From assembly GCA_964016885.1 (NCBI GenBank), contig OZ024741.1:187798001-187862000 (forward strand): a stretch of DNA of 64,000 bases, read 5' to 3'. Positions within the stretch are counted from its first letter, which is position 1. Every line of letters starts with the position of its first letter. This stretch comes from Eledone cirrhosa (Eukaryota). The notes under the pieces were generated by a model. It was not told the DNA's origin. It did not search any database and was given only the letters and a program-made list of their open reading frames with translations. The translations under genes and the position numbers were made by a program. Shown here piece by piece: positions 44,960-59,352 of the stretch.

Positions 44960-45453
44960 TAATTGTTTCTACATTTGAAGAAGGGAAATGTCGATTAAAT
45001 CGACCCTAGTGCGTAACTGGTACTTTATTTTATCGACCCCGTAAGGATGAAAGGTAAAGCTGACCTCGGTGGGAATTTGAACTCAGAATGTAAAGGGCCG
45101 TAACTCTATGCCGCAAAGCATGTCCGACGCTCTACCGATAGGACAACATGCTGTGCGGTATGTGACAAATTAATTGTTTCTACTTTTCGCACAAGGCCAA
45201 CGATTTGAAGGGGAAGGGAAAAGGCGATTAAATCGACCCCAGTGCATTACTGGTGTTTTATTTTATCGACCCCCGTAAGGATGAAAGGGAAAGTTAACCT
45301 CGGCGGGATTTGAACTCAGACTGTAAAGGGCAGTAACTCTATGATGCATGTTACAAATTAATTGTTTCTATTTTTGGCACAAGGCCATCAATTATTCCAG
45401 TGTATTACTGGTACTTTATTTTATCGACTCCGTAAGGATGAAAGGCAAAGTTA
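44960..45453 (-). mobile_element. Three tandem tRNA-derived SINE copies (last one partial)
   Basis: Conserved core present three times. Confidence 0.85.
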
Positions 45454-46496
45454 AAATGCCTTGTGTTTAGTTACGCCAATTTCCCTTATGTCTTCAAACC
45501 GTGTTGAAGTCGAATTTGCCTTTTATTTTACTTTTAGGTGGATAAAATAAATACCAGTAATATATCGATGCAGATTAAATGGAATACCTTTAATTATATA
45601 GCTTGGGCATATCTGTGGAATAAACTATTCTCCTTCTTAAGATACGTGTTCGAGTGTTCCACTTTAAACAACTTTAAATGTAATACGACATCGCTAACGG
45701 GTGTTATGCTTTCAATAACATCTATCACTCCCAATACATAGACCATATTTATCCCACTCTTTCCTTCTCAGAGTGTCCCCAGCTTCGAAAGTTGTCTCAC
45801 CAGCCACTATTTTGCTACAGATATCCACTTACCGATGTTTAAGATGATCATCAGCCATATCAGTCGCACCACTCATGGAGGGGCGTGAGAGTCAAAGACA
45901 GCCACTTCGTTTTAAGTCATTAAAAATTAAACAAATCCCTACTGTGTCTCTCCTTCGCCCAACTCTCCAAACTAACCATTACACTTAAACTCCCCCACCC
46001 AGAGCCGCTAGAATGAATCTGTAGAACTGGAATTCAAATATAACCATCTGGCTAGTCTGGGAAGGGAGGACTGCAAAGCTCAAGGTCATCGTCACTTTGA
46101 TCAGCCTGAAACGGACTGCGAAAGTCATGGGGTCATCTTGGCCAGCCATGGAGGATCTGTAAGTGTCATGGTCGTGACGACCTGTTTACAAGCGTCTGTG
46201 AAGATCATAGCAACTCTGATTAGTCAAGCAGTAAGGTTTGACTGTTGTGGTCAATCCGAACAATGTAACAGGTGTCTACGATGATCATGGACCATTACCC
46301 TTCCACCTGAATAAACATAGTCATGAAATGAAGCCACATTTTTTTTATAAATACTGAAAAAGGAAGATGAAAATACAGGCTTTGTGGAGGTACTCGTGGT
46401 GTGAATATCTTTGAAAAAGGAAGGGGAAAGTGTGTTATCTACACACGACCTGATAGAAATAACTTAGCGAATGTTTTTGCTCACGCACAGATATAT

Positions 46497-46583
<87 letters not shown>

Positions 46584-46624
46584 CATGTATATATATATAT
46601 ATATATCCATACATATATATATAT

Positions 46625-47030
46625 ATATGGTGGCTGCCAACTCGTTTTCGAGTACGGCCACTACTTTATATCCATGTAGGAGAACCCCTACCGATGCGCT
46701 GAACGAGTGTGACTTTTTAGTCCAGCCAGCGACTTGAAAACTCTGGTACAAACACTACACTTGTGACAATTATTGACACATAGTGCTTTACCTTTGGTAC
46801 CATGTGACGACAAGTGCAGAGAGATCTCCAGAAACAAAACAATGCCTGTGCCGTGAAGCTTCTATAGTGAGCAAAGGCACTGCACAAAGGCAGTCCCACT
46901 CTCTTAACCAAGATGATATTTACCAAAAAGAAGAACAAGTCAACATCATTGGATACCATCAGGGTTGCAGGTGTTATATCAGAGTTTTCCTTCTCCTAGA
47001 ATTCTGCCTTGACAAAGGCTAAGGGGTCAT
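46625..47030 (-). mobile_element. SINE-like repeat (family of 19095-19680)
   Basis: Near-identical to 54590-54920. Confidence 0.8.
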
Positions 47031-47052
47031 TCATATATATATATATATATCA

Positions 47053-47099
<47 letters not shown>

Positions 47100-47477
47100 A
47101 CAGGTGGTTGGACTGGTGTAATTCCTTAAGAGGTTTATTATACTATGATCATTTCAATGACCGGGTTCAGGTATTCGAAATATAACAAAGGAATATAATA
47201 GACAAAATCCATGGGGCTGAAAATCAGAGACATGAGGGTGACCAAACATTTACCAGCTTCTACCCCAGTCGGCCGCCCTCTAGTGGTGATTATTAAGCCT
47301 GTTTATGTTCACCTGGTGAAGGGGCGTAGACTTATAGTGTACTACTACCACACCGTCAAAGACAGAGGACAGCGTCAGATCAGGTTACAATCAAACTGGT
47401 CATGAGTGCTAGAAAGTGCCGCGAAAAATTTTTTCAAAGAACATATATGTTTAACAAAGCTATATATAGTAATATAT

Positions 47478-47653
47478 AATTGTTTCTATTTTAGGCACAA
47501 GGCCAGCAATAACCCAGTACATTACTAGTACTTTATTTTATCGACCCCGTAAGGAAGAAAGGCAAAGTTAACCTCGGCCGGATTTGAACTCAGATCGTAA
47601 AGGGACGTAACTATGCTGGAAAGTATGTCCGACCCTCTACCGATACTGCCAAT
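47478..47653 (-). mobile_element. tRNA-derived SINE
   Basis: Conserved core. Confidence 0.85.
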
Positions 47654-49164
47654 GGGCATGGTATAATGTATGGACAGAAATACGATTAACAATTAGAAAC
47701 GTTAAATTTATGTTTAGAGTTAGAAGATGCTATTTAAGATGAAATTAGAAAAAAAAGGTTTAAGTTTAAAATTGTGCGATTTAGTTAAAGAATTTACAGA
47801 AAGAGGTGTTATAGATAAGGTGTTAAAGAAGTGTATTATAGATAGTCACGATAAAGTTTCAGGGCAGAATATAGAGTAAAGATTAAGCCCATGCTCAGCG
47901 GTCATTAACCAGCGACGTTGCAGACCCCCGGCCAGCCCGGGGCCCAATGGCGTGTCAGCCCGAGTAATATTGAAATGGAAATTTATTTTTCCGAGCACTC
48001 CAGGAATGTTAACTGTCTTAAGCGTCGGGTGTGGTAGCGGGAAGTCCGCCACCGTCGGCTGACCATCGTATATACCAAACGATTACTAGTTATTCACACT
48101 GGTGAGGGATTTAGTTGAGTGCTAGTAGAAGGAGGCATAATAAAGTTAAAAGTTATGATTAAGCCTAGAATTTAAAGGTACTGTTTGGTGGTCAATAACC
48201 AGTGGCACGGCAGGTTCCAAGTCTGACAGGGCCCCAAGGCGAAGCACCGCTCCGAGTATTATAGTTTTCCGAAAGAGGAGGAAATTTATTTTTCCAAGCA
48301 CTCTAGGAAGGCTGATCGACCTGAGCGCCTGGCGTGCAGTCGGGAAAGCCGCCACATCTGTCGGATCATCGCGTGCCCAAACGATGATTCACACCCGTGC
48401 TGTAAAGTTGAAAGTGGTAAAATTTGATGAAATGTGTCAATAGACTATAGTTAGTCTCCAGTTAGTCCGGGTTATATGTAGTGTGAATCTTGGGTGGGTA
48501 AGGGGAGTGAATAAAGATAAACAGATATAAGGGTACAGAGAGTAATATTCTAGGGTCGTGTGCTAATGAGTACAAGGATAAGCATATAATGAGAGTAAAG
48601 CGAGTAAATAAATACATAAATAAAAACATAAGTAAAATACATAAATAAAATGCAGTCAAACCTAGGGTGGTAATTGCATGAGTAAAATGGAAGTATATAA
48701 GAACACATCGAAGAAGTCAAAATACATAAGAAATAAAATACAGATCAGGTGCAATAAGTGGACAATATATAACACGGTTGGAAAATACAGGGTTATACAT
48801 ATAGATATAAAGGATGGAAGAGTGGGAGAGATATCAGGTGATACGTAGTGTATGTTCGAGTCTTAATTTTCAATGTGAATCCCAAAAGCCCTGAGAAATA
48901 GGATAGGGAATTCAGTCAATACAATACAGGGTATAGTAGAATATGTTGATTTTTTAAAGAAACTATGAGGTCTGACGGAGTCTGAATATCCACGACAGGG
49001 AAGCAGCAATGCATGGTCCAGGTGGGCGGTAGACAAAGCTCAAAGCAGCCAAAATCCGAAAGGTATGTAGTTAGTCCCATGCTGGCGATAGCTGTACACA
49101 GGAGTCAGTGCCGCTGTTCATTATTACATCTGAAAGCGCTCGACATTTCCTGGAGCATTGTGGT

Positions 49165-49522
49165 TTGGCAGTATCGGTAGAGAGTCGGACACCATGCTTT
49201 CAAGCATAGAGTTATGTCCCTTTATGATCTGAGTTCAAATCCCGCCGAGGTTAACTTTGCCTTTCATCCTTAAGGGGTCGATAAAATAAAGTACCAAATT
49301 GCTGGCCTTGTGCCTATTTAAGAAACCATTATTTATATTGGCAGTATCGGTAGAGGGTTGGACGCCATGCTTTGCAGCAAAGAGTTATAGCCCTTTATGG
49401 TCTGAGTTCATATCCTGCCGAAGTTAACTTTGCCTTTCATCCTTACGGGGTCGATAAAATAAAGTACCAGTAATACACTGTGATAATTGCTGGCTTTGTG
49501 CCAAAAGTAGAAACAATTATTT
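49165..49522 (+). mobile_element. Two tandem tRNA-derived SINE copies
   Basis: Conserved core present twice. Confidence 0.88.
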
Positions 49523-49607
49523 ATTTAGGTTTGCTGGTTCACCAGTGGATAGAACTGGTCATTCCGTATGGTCAACCTCGATGTAATTTTATGGAGAGCA
49601 CTCAACG

Positions 49608-49692
<85 letters not shown>

Positions 49693-49777
49693 ATATATTG
49701 AAAAATGAAACTAAACAGTGCTAACTATATCATGTTTTATAATCTGTTTTCGTATTTGAAAACGTATTACTTTATTC

Positions 49778-49868
<91 letters not shown>

Positions 49869-50399
49869 CAGCTGTTTTCAGGTTATGTAACTGTTATAGA
49901 AACACGTGTCAATAAATTCCTTTCAACTAAACTGTATCCATTCAAATCTTTCTATATATATATATATATATATTTATTTATTTATTTATTAACCTGCCAT
50001 AGAACCACATTGGCACATGGTTGGATAATACATGTGTCGCTTTATGTATTTTGCGTGTAGGGATATATACTTTATTATTATTAATCTCCCCCTGGTCGAG
50101 ATAACATTTGGTCGTTTTGACTGCTGCTATTTCTAGTGGTAGTGGATTGACCTTTCCGCCTCTGCCTTCTATCTTTGCACACGGCACTAGACAAAATTGC
50201 TTCTACATCATTCATTCTCATCTCGGGAACAATTTTGAATAGCGCCAGTTCGTAATTCGAACTCGGGAATTTTATATTCTCCGAGTGGAAAGAACCTTCT
50301 GACGAGAGTCTTTCTTTTCAATGGAGGCCCGTAAGGACTATCCATTTATTTTTGAGACTCGAAACCGTACCGTAAAGGTAACCATAGCAGGTACAGTGA

Positions 50400-50935
50400 A
50401 TCGGGTTGAATCGGGGGTAACCACAGTAAGTAAGGTACTCAATACATAGCAGAGTATAAATGTTTTAATATAGAAAAGCTTCTACAGGACGAGAACTGTT
50501 TCATTCGTGGGAAATAATCAGGAAGCTGGCTGTCCAAGTAAATGTGGTGGTATATATATGCTTTCTTCTCTGGTAGTAGGAGAGGGTGGGGATTGGGATG
50601 GGTGGAGGTCATTGGTTGTTGGATTTAAAGAAAAGGGAGTTCATTAAAAGCTAATTCTTTAAAGCTATAATATTAACAAAGGCAGAAAGAATACTGTAAA
50701 CAAATTCAATTTGGAATACCAATCCTTGTTTATCACTTAGACTAACAATGCCTGTGAGTCAGGTGTCTACAGGATGGGTGGGGTTCATTGGTTTAAAGAA
50801 ATGGGAAATTGTTTAGGAGTTAATTCTTTAAGGCTGAAATAAGGGTGACAAAGGCAGAAAGGGTTCTAAGTCTTGGGGTGCTTCCCCTTATTGTGAAGTT
50901 TCTCTTAATATATATTCCAGGTGTCAACAAGCACA
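50400..50935 (-). mobile_element. Family A element 3' region, with mutated HHR at 50478-50526
   Basis: Reverse complement reads gcttc-CTGATTA-tttcccacgaat-GAAAC-agttctcgtcct-GTA-gaagc; homologous to 2445-3045. Confidence 0.72.
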
Positions 50936-50939
50936 TTCA

Positions 50940-51131
50940 CACAGGCGCCCACTAAAACACTTACACACACACAAGCACACATGCACACACAGGCATGCAA
51001 ACACACAACAAACATACATATAAATACATACACACACATATATACACACACACACACATATATACATACAAATATATATATATATATATATAGATATATA
51101 TATATATACATATATATACATATATATATAC

Positions 51132-51172
<41 letters not shown>

Positions 51173-51341
51173 TATACATATATATATGTATATATATACG
51201 CACACATATGCACATACATACATATGTGTGTGTATACGCATACATATATATATATACACATATATACACATATATACATATACACAAATACATACACATA
51301 TACACATATATACACACATACACTCACATACACACATACGC

Positions 51342-51380
<39 letters not shown>

Positions 51381-51445
51381 TATATATACATATACATACG
51401 TACACATACATAGACATATACACAAGTATAAATATACACACACAA

Positions 51446-51477
<32 letters not shown>

Positions 51478-51573
51478 ATACACATATATATACATATATA
51501 TATACACACACACATATATATATATCTACACACATATACACACATATACATATATATACATATATACACAGAC

Positions 51574-51606
<33 letters not shown>

Positions 51607-51927
51607 AACACATATATATATATATACATATATATATACTTATATACATATACACACATATATATATACATATATATATACATATATACATATAGACACA
51701 TATATATATATATACATATATACATATAGACACATATATATATACATATAGACACATATATATATACATATACACATATATATATATATACACACATACA
51801 TACGTACACATATACATATATATATACACGTACACACACACATATATATGTATATACATACATACATACATACATATACATATACACACATACATATATA
51901 TACATATACACACATACATATATATAA

Positions 51928-52013
<86 letters not shown>

Positions 52014-52175
52014 ATATATATATATATACATATATACACACATACGCACATACATGCACATACACATACACGTACATACACACAAACATACACATACATA
52101 CATACAGCCACTCATACAAATACGTACATACATACACTACTAAATATACACATATACACACACACATACATATAT
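50940..52175. repeat. Compound (CA)n/(TA)n microsatellite
   Basis: Direct observation. Confidence 0.97.
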
Positions 52176-52379
52176 AAAAATGAAGTACGCTCTACACGTG
52201 GAAAAAGCAGATAGGTAAGAAGTACTTACATAACCATAGTGCCGTGTTTCGGGTCGAGAGGGGGTAGGGGTAGTGTGGGAAGGAGGTGGAGGGGGTATTT
52301 TGTCGAGTAGGGTTTTTTTTTAAAGAAAAGGAAATCTTTTTTAGCCATCTGACATCAACACTGGCTTAAGTTATTTGAA

Positions 52380-52748
52380 AGTTGCAAAGTTTTTGTGCAT
52401 GCAATTCGGGCAGTGTTCAGAGAGTTTGTTCAGAGAGTCAGTAGCGGGCGCTTGGCAAATAATATTTCGAAGCTCTCTGTAATACAAAGGTCGCAGTAAT
52501 TGTGTCCTCCCCTGTATGAGCGCGCTTGCTTGAGTATTTTCCATTTAAGCGCGAACGGGGTGGAGTTCCTTTTGAGGTCCCAGACATAGGAAGCGAGTGT
52601 AGTCTGATTTGATCTGTCCGGTCTTCTGAAAGAGTGGGTATGGGCATACCACCGGGTATTAAAAGTATTGGAAGTCATGCCGATGTAAGTCTTTTTGTTG
52701 TTGCCGTCATCGGTGCCTGAGATGACATCACATTTGTATACGATATAT
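52380..52748 (-). pseudogene. PLE GIY-YIG endonuclease fragment
   Basis: IVYKCDV..KTYIGMTSNTFNTRWYAHTHSF..TTLASYVWDLK..KWKIL..CDLCITESFEIL. Confidence 0.88.
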
Positions 52749-52863
52749 ATATATGGAGGAGGGATACTATCACAAAAGGGTCCACAACTGAATGAGAAGA
52801 TGACCATTATCAAATTTCGATGGAAAAACCACAAAAAACAAATGTGTGTGCCTGGGAATGTTT

Positions 52864-53313
52864 GACTAGACGTGAAAAATGCGCAAGCTCAAAAGAGCCA
52901 CAGAATGTTATAATAAACCTTCAAAAGTCTGGGACTAGAGATGTTGCTCAAAAATATTATAATCGTTATCTATCGTACACTCTGTGGCATCCTTTTATAA
53001 AAAAAAAAGAGACTCATAACAAATTCAAGACGACATGATAATTATTTAAGCTAATGTTCAATATCTCATATTAGATGTTTAGTAATGATTAATACGAAAT
53101 GCACTTAAACCGAATCCTATATTATAAATTCACTTAAATAATTATCGTGTCGTCTTGAGTTCGTTATGAGTCTCTTTTTTTATAAAAGGATGCCACAGAG
53201 TGTACGATAGATAATGATTACAATTTTTTTAGCAACAACTCTAGTCCCACACTTTTGAAGGTTTATTATAACATTCTGTGGCTCTTTTGAGCTTGCGCAT
53301 TTTCAGGTCTAGT
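52864..53313. repeat. Fold-back element (about 185-bp arms, ACTAG...CTAGT ends)
   Basis: 52864-53050 is the reverse complement of 53132-53313 with few mismatches. Confidence 0.88.
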
Positions 53314-54589
53314 TTAATATTTTTTAAAGCAACGCTTGTAATAACATGATATATATTAATAATAAATTATCGTTGTAATGTAATTAGATTATATAATTGT
53401 TATTTTATAAAGGATCTTATAAATATTCTTGTAAGATGTATAAAAATATTTTCAGACTTTTAATATAAACAACTACAAAAAACAATCAATATTAAATAAA
53501 TATATTTTACATAATAATTGTTATAGTTGAATTAATAAAAATTAAATATTGCATACAAATAGTCTAACATAATAATAAAAAAAATAATCTAACATAATAA
53601 TAATAAAATAATCTAACATAAAACGAACAATAATATGGACAAATATACAAGTAAATATGATACAACCAATATTATAAGCATGTTATAACGAACTGAAAAA
53701 AGAATAGTTAATATAAATTTAAAAAATCATATATAAATTAACAATATAACTTACCAAAACGAGAAAAATATTTTGATGATAAACGACGAAATACAGGAGG
53801 AAGATTCGAAAGCGAAACGATAAATAAACGTGCAAACAAAATGGCGGATGCTTTTGAGCAACAATTACTCTCGCTGGTTGATTAGCCAATAAGACGATGA
53901 AATTATCCAATAAGACGATACATTACAAAAGATGTTTGGCAGCGATCACCACGGCCAGCGACACCCCTTGAATTTTTTATTCACAAGCTACGCATATATG
54001 TCAGACACGCAGGCTTAAAACATTCTGTTGTTAGTCACTGCGTGTCTAACAGAGATATTGCGTGTGTCTCTTCTCACAAGTATACATATTTACACACATA
54101 TGTATGTATATACATATACATATCGTCTCTGTTTTATAAAATGGAATATCCTTTGACATACGATAAATTGTTTAAACGTCAACGACGGAGTTAGAAAATG
54201 TTCCAAAGACACTGACAAACATTTATGTGCAGCAGAAAGTCATGAAAGACAATGGGGAATCGGAAATAAAGTAAAATACCGAAAATCACATATATAACTC
54301 AAAACATACACATCCACACATACAATAACATCTACACCTGCACACACACACACGCATGTATGCAGACGTACATACATATCTCCCTAGTCGATGTTATTTA
54401 AATTCCAATGAGAGAGTCTTGTGTCTATGTTAGAAACCGACTCTCTCTGCTCTATTGGTAAAATTTTATAAAATTATAAAACCAGAAGTACATACACATA
54501 CATACATACATACATACATACATACATACATACATACATACATACATACATACATACATACATACATACATACATGCATACATGCATAC

Positions 54590-54961
54590 ATGGTGGCTTC
54601 CAACTCGTTTTCGAGTACGGCCACTACTTTATATCCATGTAGGAGAACCCCTACCGATGCGCTGAACGAGTGTGACTTTTTAGTCCAGCCAGCGACTTGA
54701 AAACTCTGGTACAAACACTACACTTGTGACAATTATTGACACATAATGCTGGGCCCATGGTACCATGTGACGACAAGTGCAGAGAGATCTCCAAATATAA
54801 AGCAATGCCTGTGCCGTGAATCTTTTATAGTGAGCAAAAGCACTGCACAAAGCCTGTCCCACTCTCTTAACCAAGATGATATTTACCAAAAAGAAGAACA
54901 AGTCAACATCATTGGATACCATACATACATACATACATACATACATACATACATACATACA

Positions 54962-54994
<33 letters not shown>

Positions 54995-55475
54995 TACTTA
55001 CTTAGCAAACTATGTTAAGAGTTTTACAATCGCTTGTCAAATTACAGAAAATGGTGCCCTTTTAGGCTACGGCCAGCCACAAGAACCTGTGCTTTGAAAG
55101 ATTTCGAGGGAAAGGCCTTGCAGTCGACTAACCCCACTCTCTGAGCATCAATAACACTTCCTGAAAAGGATGCTTTCGAAGCCGCAGGTTGTTGTTTTTT
55201 TTCAGAGTTTCCCCTCTTAGAAAAATGTTGTGACAACAATTGGGGGCCTTTCACTCCCAGATGGAAAAAAAAGTACTATTTGGATTGCCGTTGTCTCTGC
55301 TGAGTTCTTCCGCCCTTTGCTAGATATTGTATTTCATCCTGCAGGGTGTCCATTTGTGACCCTCCTCACCAAGCAAGCTTGATGGGGTTGCCGGTTTAGT
55401 CGCCGACGACCCGACCATGAGACAAGTTGTACTGGGTTACATGTTAGCAGTAGCAATCGAAAGCGACCTGACATA
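54590..55475 (-). mobile_element. SINE-like repeat pieces (family of 18716-19680) separated by (CATA)n
   Basis: Similarity to 46625-46960 and to the reverse complement of 18716-19000. Confidence 0.75.
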
Positions 55476-55983
55476 CACACTTACATACATACATACAGGT
55501 CTGTTACTTGCAAGTACATCGTATACACTACATGTGCATGTATATACCTGTAACTTATACATCATATATATTTAACACTGATTACTAAAATATTTAATGA
55601 GCAGTTGGAAATGGGGCCTATGTTTAACATTTGGCATTGTTCTATTGTCAGCTTTGATAAGGCCCACATCTCACATCTGGACTTGACGTATTATCTAATT
55701 TGAAAGGGCCTATATTTCACTTCTGGACTAAGTCGCTTAATAACTTCGATGGAGCCTTCGTTTCATATCTACCCTGGGCTTATTATCAGATTGAAAGGCT
55801 TGTGTTTAACATATCTTTGATCGAACCATCGACCAACTGAAAAGCAATTGAGTATTGAGATAGCATGGGTTGCATATATTGTTTTTTGTTGTTATTGTTG
55901 CCGGAATATCTTTATTTCCATGCTATGTTTGCTATTTGAACGAAGGCATATGCATACACATAAACACACACACACACACACAC

Positions 55984-56084
<101 letters not shown>

Positions 56085-56108
56085 CACCGAGATTGATTGG
56101 GTGTGTCT

Positions 56109-56140
<32 letters not shown>

Positions 56141-56396
56141 CACGATAAATTAACGGAGGCATAGGCCGTCGTTATTCCCTGTAAATAATGTGCTCAAAGG
56201 GGAAGAGATCCTGAGCCCTTTAAAATATAATATGTTGAGAAGGTAACACACCAGAGAGAGATATATAGTGCGTTATCAATAATACAGGGGAAAAAACCAC
56301 CAGTGTATGGAATCTATAACCTATGGAAGGCAGACTATAGACACGATAATTAAAAATATAAATTAAAGCGTAAATAAATACCTTTATAACTATATA

Positions 56397-56477
56397 ACAC
56401 ACGTACAAATCCAAAGATATGTTTCACCAAAAAATTTGTTGAAAGAAATGGTCTAGTCTCGGTTCATCAGCGTGTGT
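56397..56477 (-). ncRNA. Type I hammerhead ribozyme (family R)
   Basis: Reverse complement of 56965-57045. Confidence 0.85.
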
Positions 56478-56964
56478 AAGGCCATACATTTCAGACAACA
56501 CTAAGAGAATTTTACAATTGACTGTCCAGCTACACGTGGGAGAGAGAAGTCACAGCGTGTTTAAGGGCAGTGAACCAGTGGCCTCTGAGAGACGAACTGC
56601 TAGAAAGGGCAGCCCAAAGCCACTCAGAGAAGTGTGCTCAACCAAACAGAGATAGGAAAGACTGTTATTAGGAGCGAAATATCACGATAAATTAACGGAG
56701 GCATAGGCCGTCGTTATTCCCTGTAAATAATGTGCTCAAAGGGGAAGAGATCCTGAGCCCTTTAAAATATAATATGTTGAGAAGGTAACACACCAGAGAG
56801 AAATATATAGTGCGTTATCAATAATACAGGGAAAAAACCACCAGTGTATGGAATCTATAACCTATGGAAGGCAGACTATAGACACGATAATTAAAAATAT
56901 AAATTAACGCAGTCAATTGTAAAATTGTAAAATTCTCTTAGTATTGTCTGAAATGTATGGCCTT

Positions 56965-57045
56965 ACACACGCTGATGAACCGAGACTAGACCATTTCTTT
57001 CAACAAATTTTTTGGTGAAACATATCTTTGGATTTGTACGTGTGT
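56965..57045 (+). ncRNA. Type I hammerhead ribozyme (family R), intact core
   Basis: Stem I acacacg/cgtgtgt; CTGATGA 56972-78; stem II accgag/tttggt; GAAA 57017; stem III aca-t-atc tttg gat-t-tgt; GTA cleavage triplet 57036-38. Confidence 0.87.
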
Positions 57046-57506
57046 TATATAGTTATAAAGGTATTTATTTACGCTTTAATTTATATTTTTAATTATCGTG
57101 TCTATAGTCTGCCTTCCATAGGTATATAGATTCCATACACTGGTGGTTTTTTCCCTGTATTATTGATAACGCACTATATATCTCTCTCTGGTGTGTTACT
57201 TTCTCAACATATTATATTTTAAAGGGCTCAGGATCTCTTCCCCTTTGAGCACATTATTTACAGGGAATAACGACGACCTATGCCTCCGTTAATTTATCGT
57301 GATATTTCGCTCCTAATAACAGTCTTTCCTATCTCTGTTTGGTTGAGCACACTTCTCTGAGTGGCTTTGGGCTGCCCTTTCTAGCAGTTCGTCTCTCAGA
57401 GGCCACTGGTTCACTGCCCTTAAACACGCTGTGACTTCTCTCTCCCACGTGTAGCTGGACAGTCAATTGTAAAATTCTCTTAGTGTTGTCTGAAATATAT
57501 GGCCTT

Positions 57507-57587
57507 ACACACGCTGATGAACCGAGACTAGACCATTTCTTTCAACAAATTTTTTGGTGAAACATATCTTTGGATTTGTACGGGTGT
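57507..57587 (+). ncRNA. Type I hammerhead ribozyme (family R), one stem I mismatch
   Basis: CTGATGA 57514, GAAAC 57559, GTA 57578, then cgggtgt. Confidence 0.8.
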
Positions 57588-57710
57588 TATATAGTTATAA
57601 AGGTATTTATTTACGCTTTAATTTATATTTTTAATTATCGTGTCTATAGTCTGCCTTCCATAGGTTATAGATTCCATACACTGGTGGTTTTTTCCCTGTA
57701 TTATTGATAG

Positions 57711-57885
57711 CAGTATCGGTGGAGAGTCGGACGCTATGCTTTCCAGCATAGTTACGTCCCTTTACGATCTGAGTTCAAATCCCGCCGAGGTTCACTTTGC
57801 CTTTCATCCTTACGGGGTCGATAAAATAAAGTACCAGTAATGCACTGGGTAATTGCTGGCCTTGTGCCAAAAGTAGAAACAATTA
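57711..57885 (+). mobile_element. tRNA-derived SINE nested in a family R unit
   Basis: Interrupts the unit; attattgata occurs on both sides (TSD-like). Confidence 0.88.
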
Positions 57886-57927
57886 TTGATAACGCACTAT
57901 ATATCTCTCTCTGGTGTGTTACCTTCT

Positions 57928-58030
<103 letters not shown>

Positions 58031-58159
58031 TATATATACATGATTTCTCCAAAATGAAACAGTTCTAGTCCTGTAGAAGCTATTTCTATATTAAATATCT
58101 TTAGTCTGCTATGTATTGAGTACCTTACTTATTATGGTTACTCCCGATTGAACCCGGGA

Positions 58160-58832
<673 letters not shown>

Positions 58833-59200
58833 TACAGAGATTATGAATAATTATTGGTGTGGTGGTTGAGATGTTGAATAGGGAAGGGTGAAGGGTAGTT
58901 AAATTGTTCAAAGTAAAATATTTCGTTTGTTTTCTCAATGGGAACAGGTTGGGGTTTGTCACCGTTGCAATAATATGGTGAGTAATAAGAGAACCAGAAT
59001 AAAAGTTTGTATGGCGGCGCAATAGACTTTCCTCTGCCTTTATTTCGGCAGAAAAACACATTAAATAACATACATAAAGCAATATGTGCGGCGGAGGTGT
59101 GTGTGTCTGTGCGCGCGCCACTATGTGTGTGTGTGTGAGTGCGTATGTGTGTTCGTGTATGTGTGTGCATGTATATATGTGTGTGTGTGTGTCTGTGTGT

Positions 59201-59247
<47 letters not shown>

Positions 59248-59280
59248 AGTGTGTGTCATAGAAAGGGCAAGGGTCAGATA

Positions 59281-59352
59281 GTAACCTAGCAACGTGAGTA
59301 ACAAGTATGGCGGAAGTTTCGGAGCTAGCGAATGAAAAAGCCATATGACGTA
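59281..59352. promoter_or_regulatory. Candidate promoter motif cluster (RFX X-box, YY1/ETS-like, half CRE)
   Basis: GTAACCTAGCAAC at 59281; ATGGCGGAAGT near 59308; TGACGT near 59347; motif matches only. Confidence 0.3.

Noticed and set aside
49132-49146. GAAAGCGCTC, a possible HHR 3' half with a palindromic loop
   Set aside because: No matching upstream CUGANGA with stem I found
55605-55820. CRISPR-like repeat/spacer array
   Set aside because: Repeats are too degenerate, the context is eukaryotic and there are no cas genes
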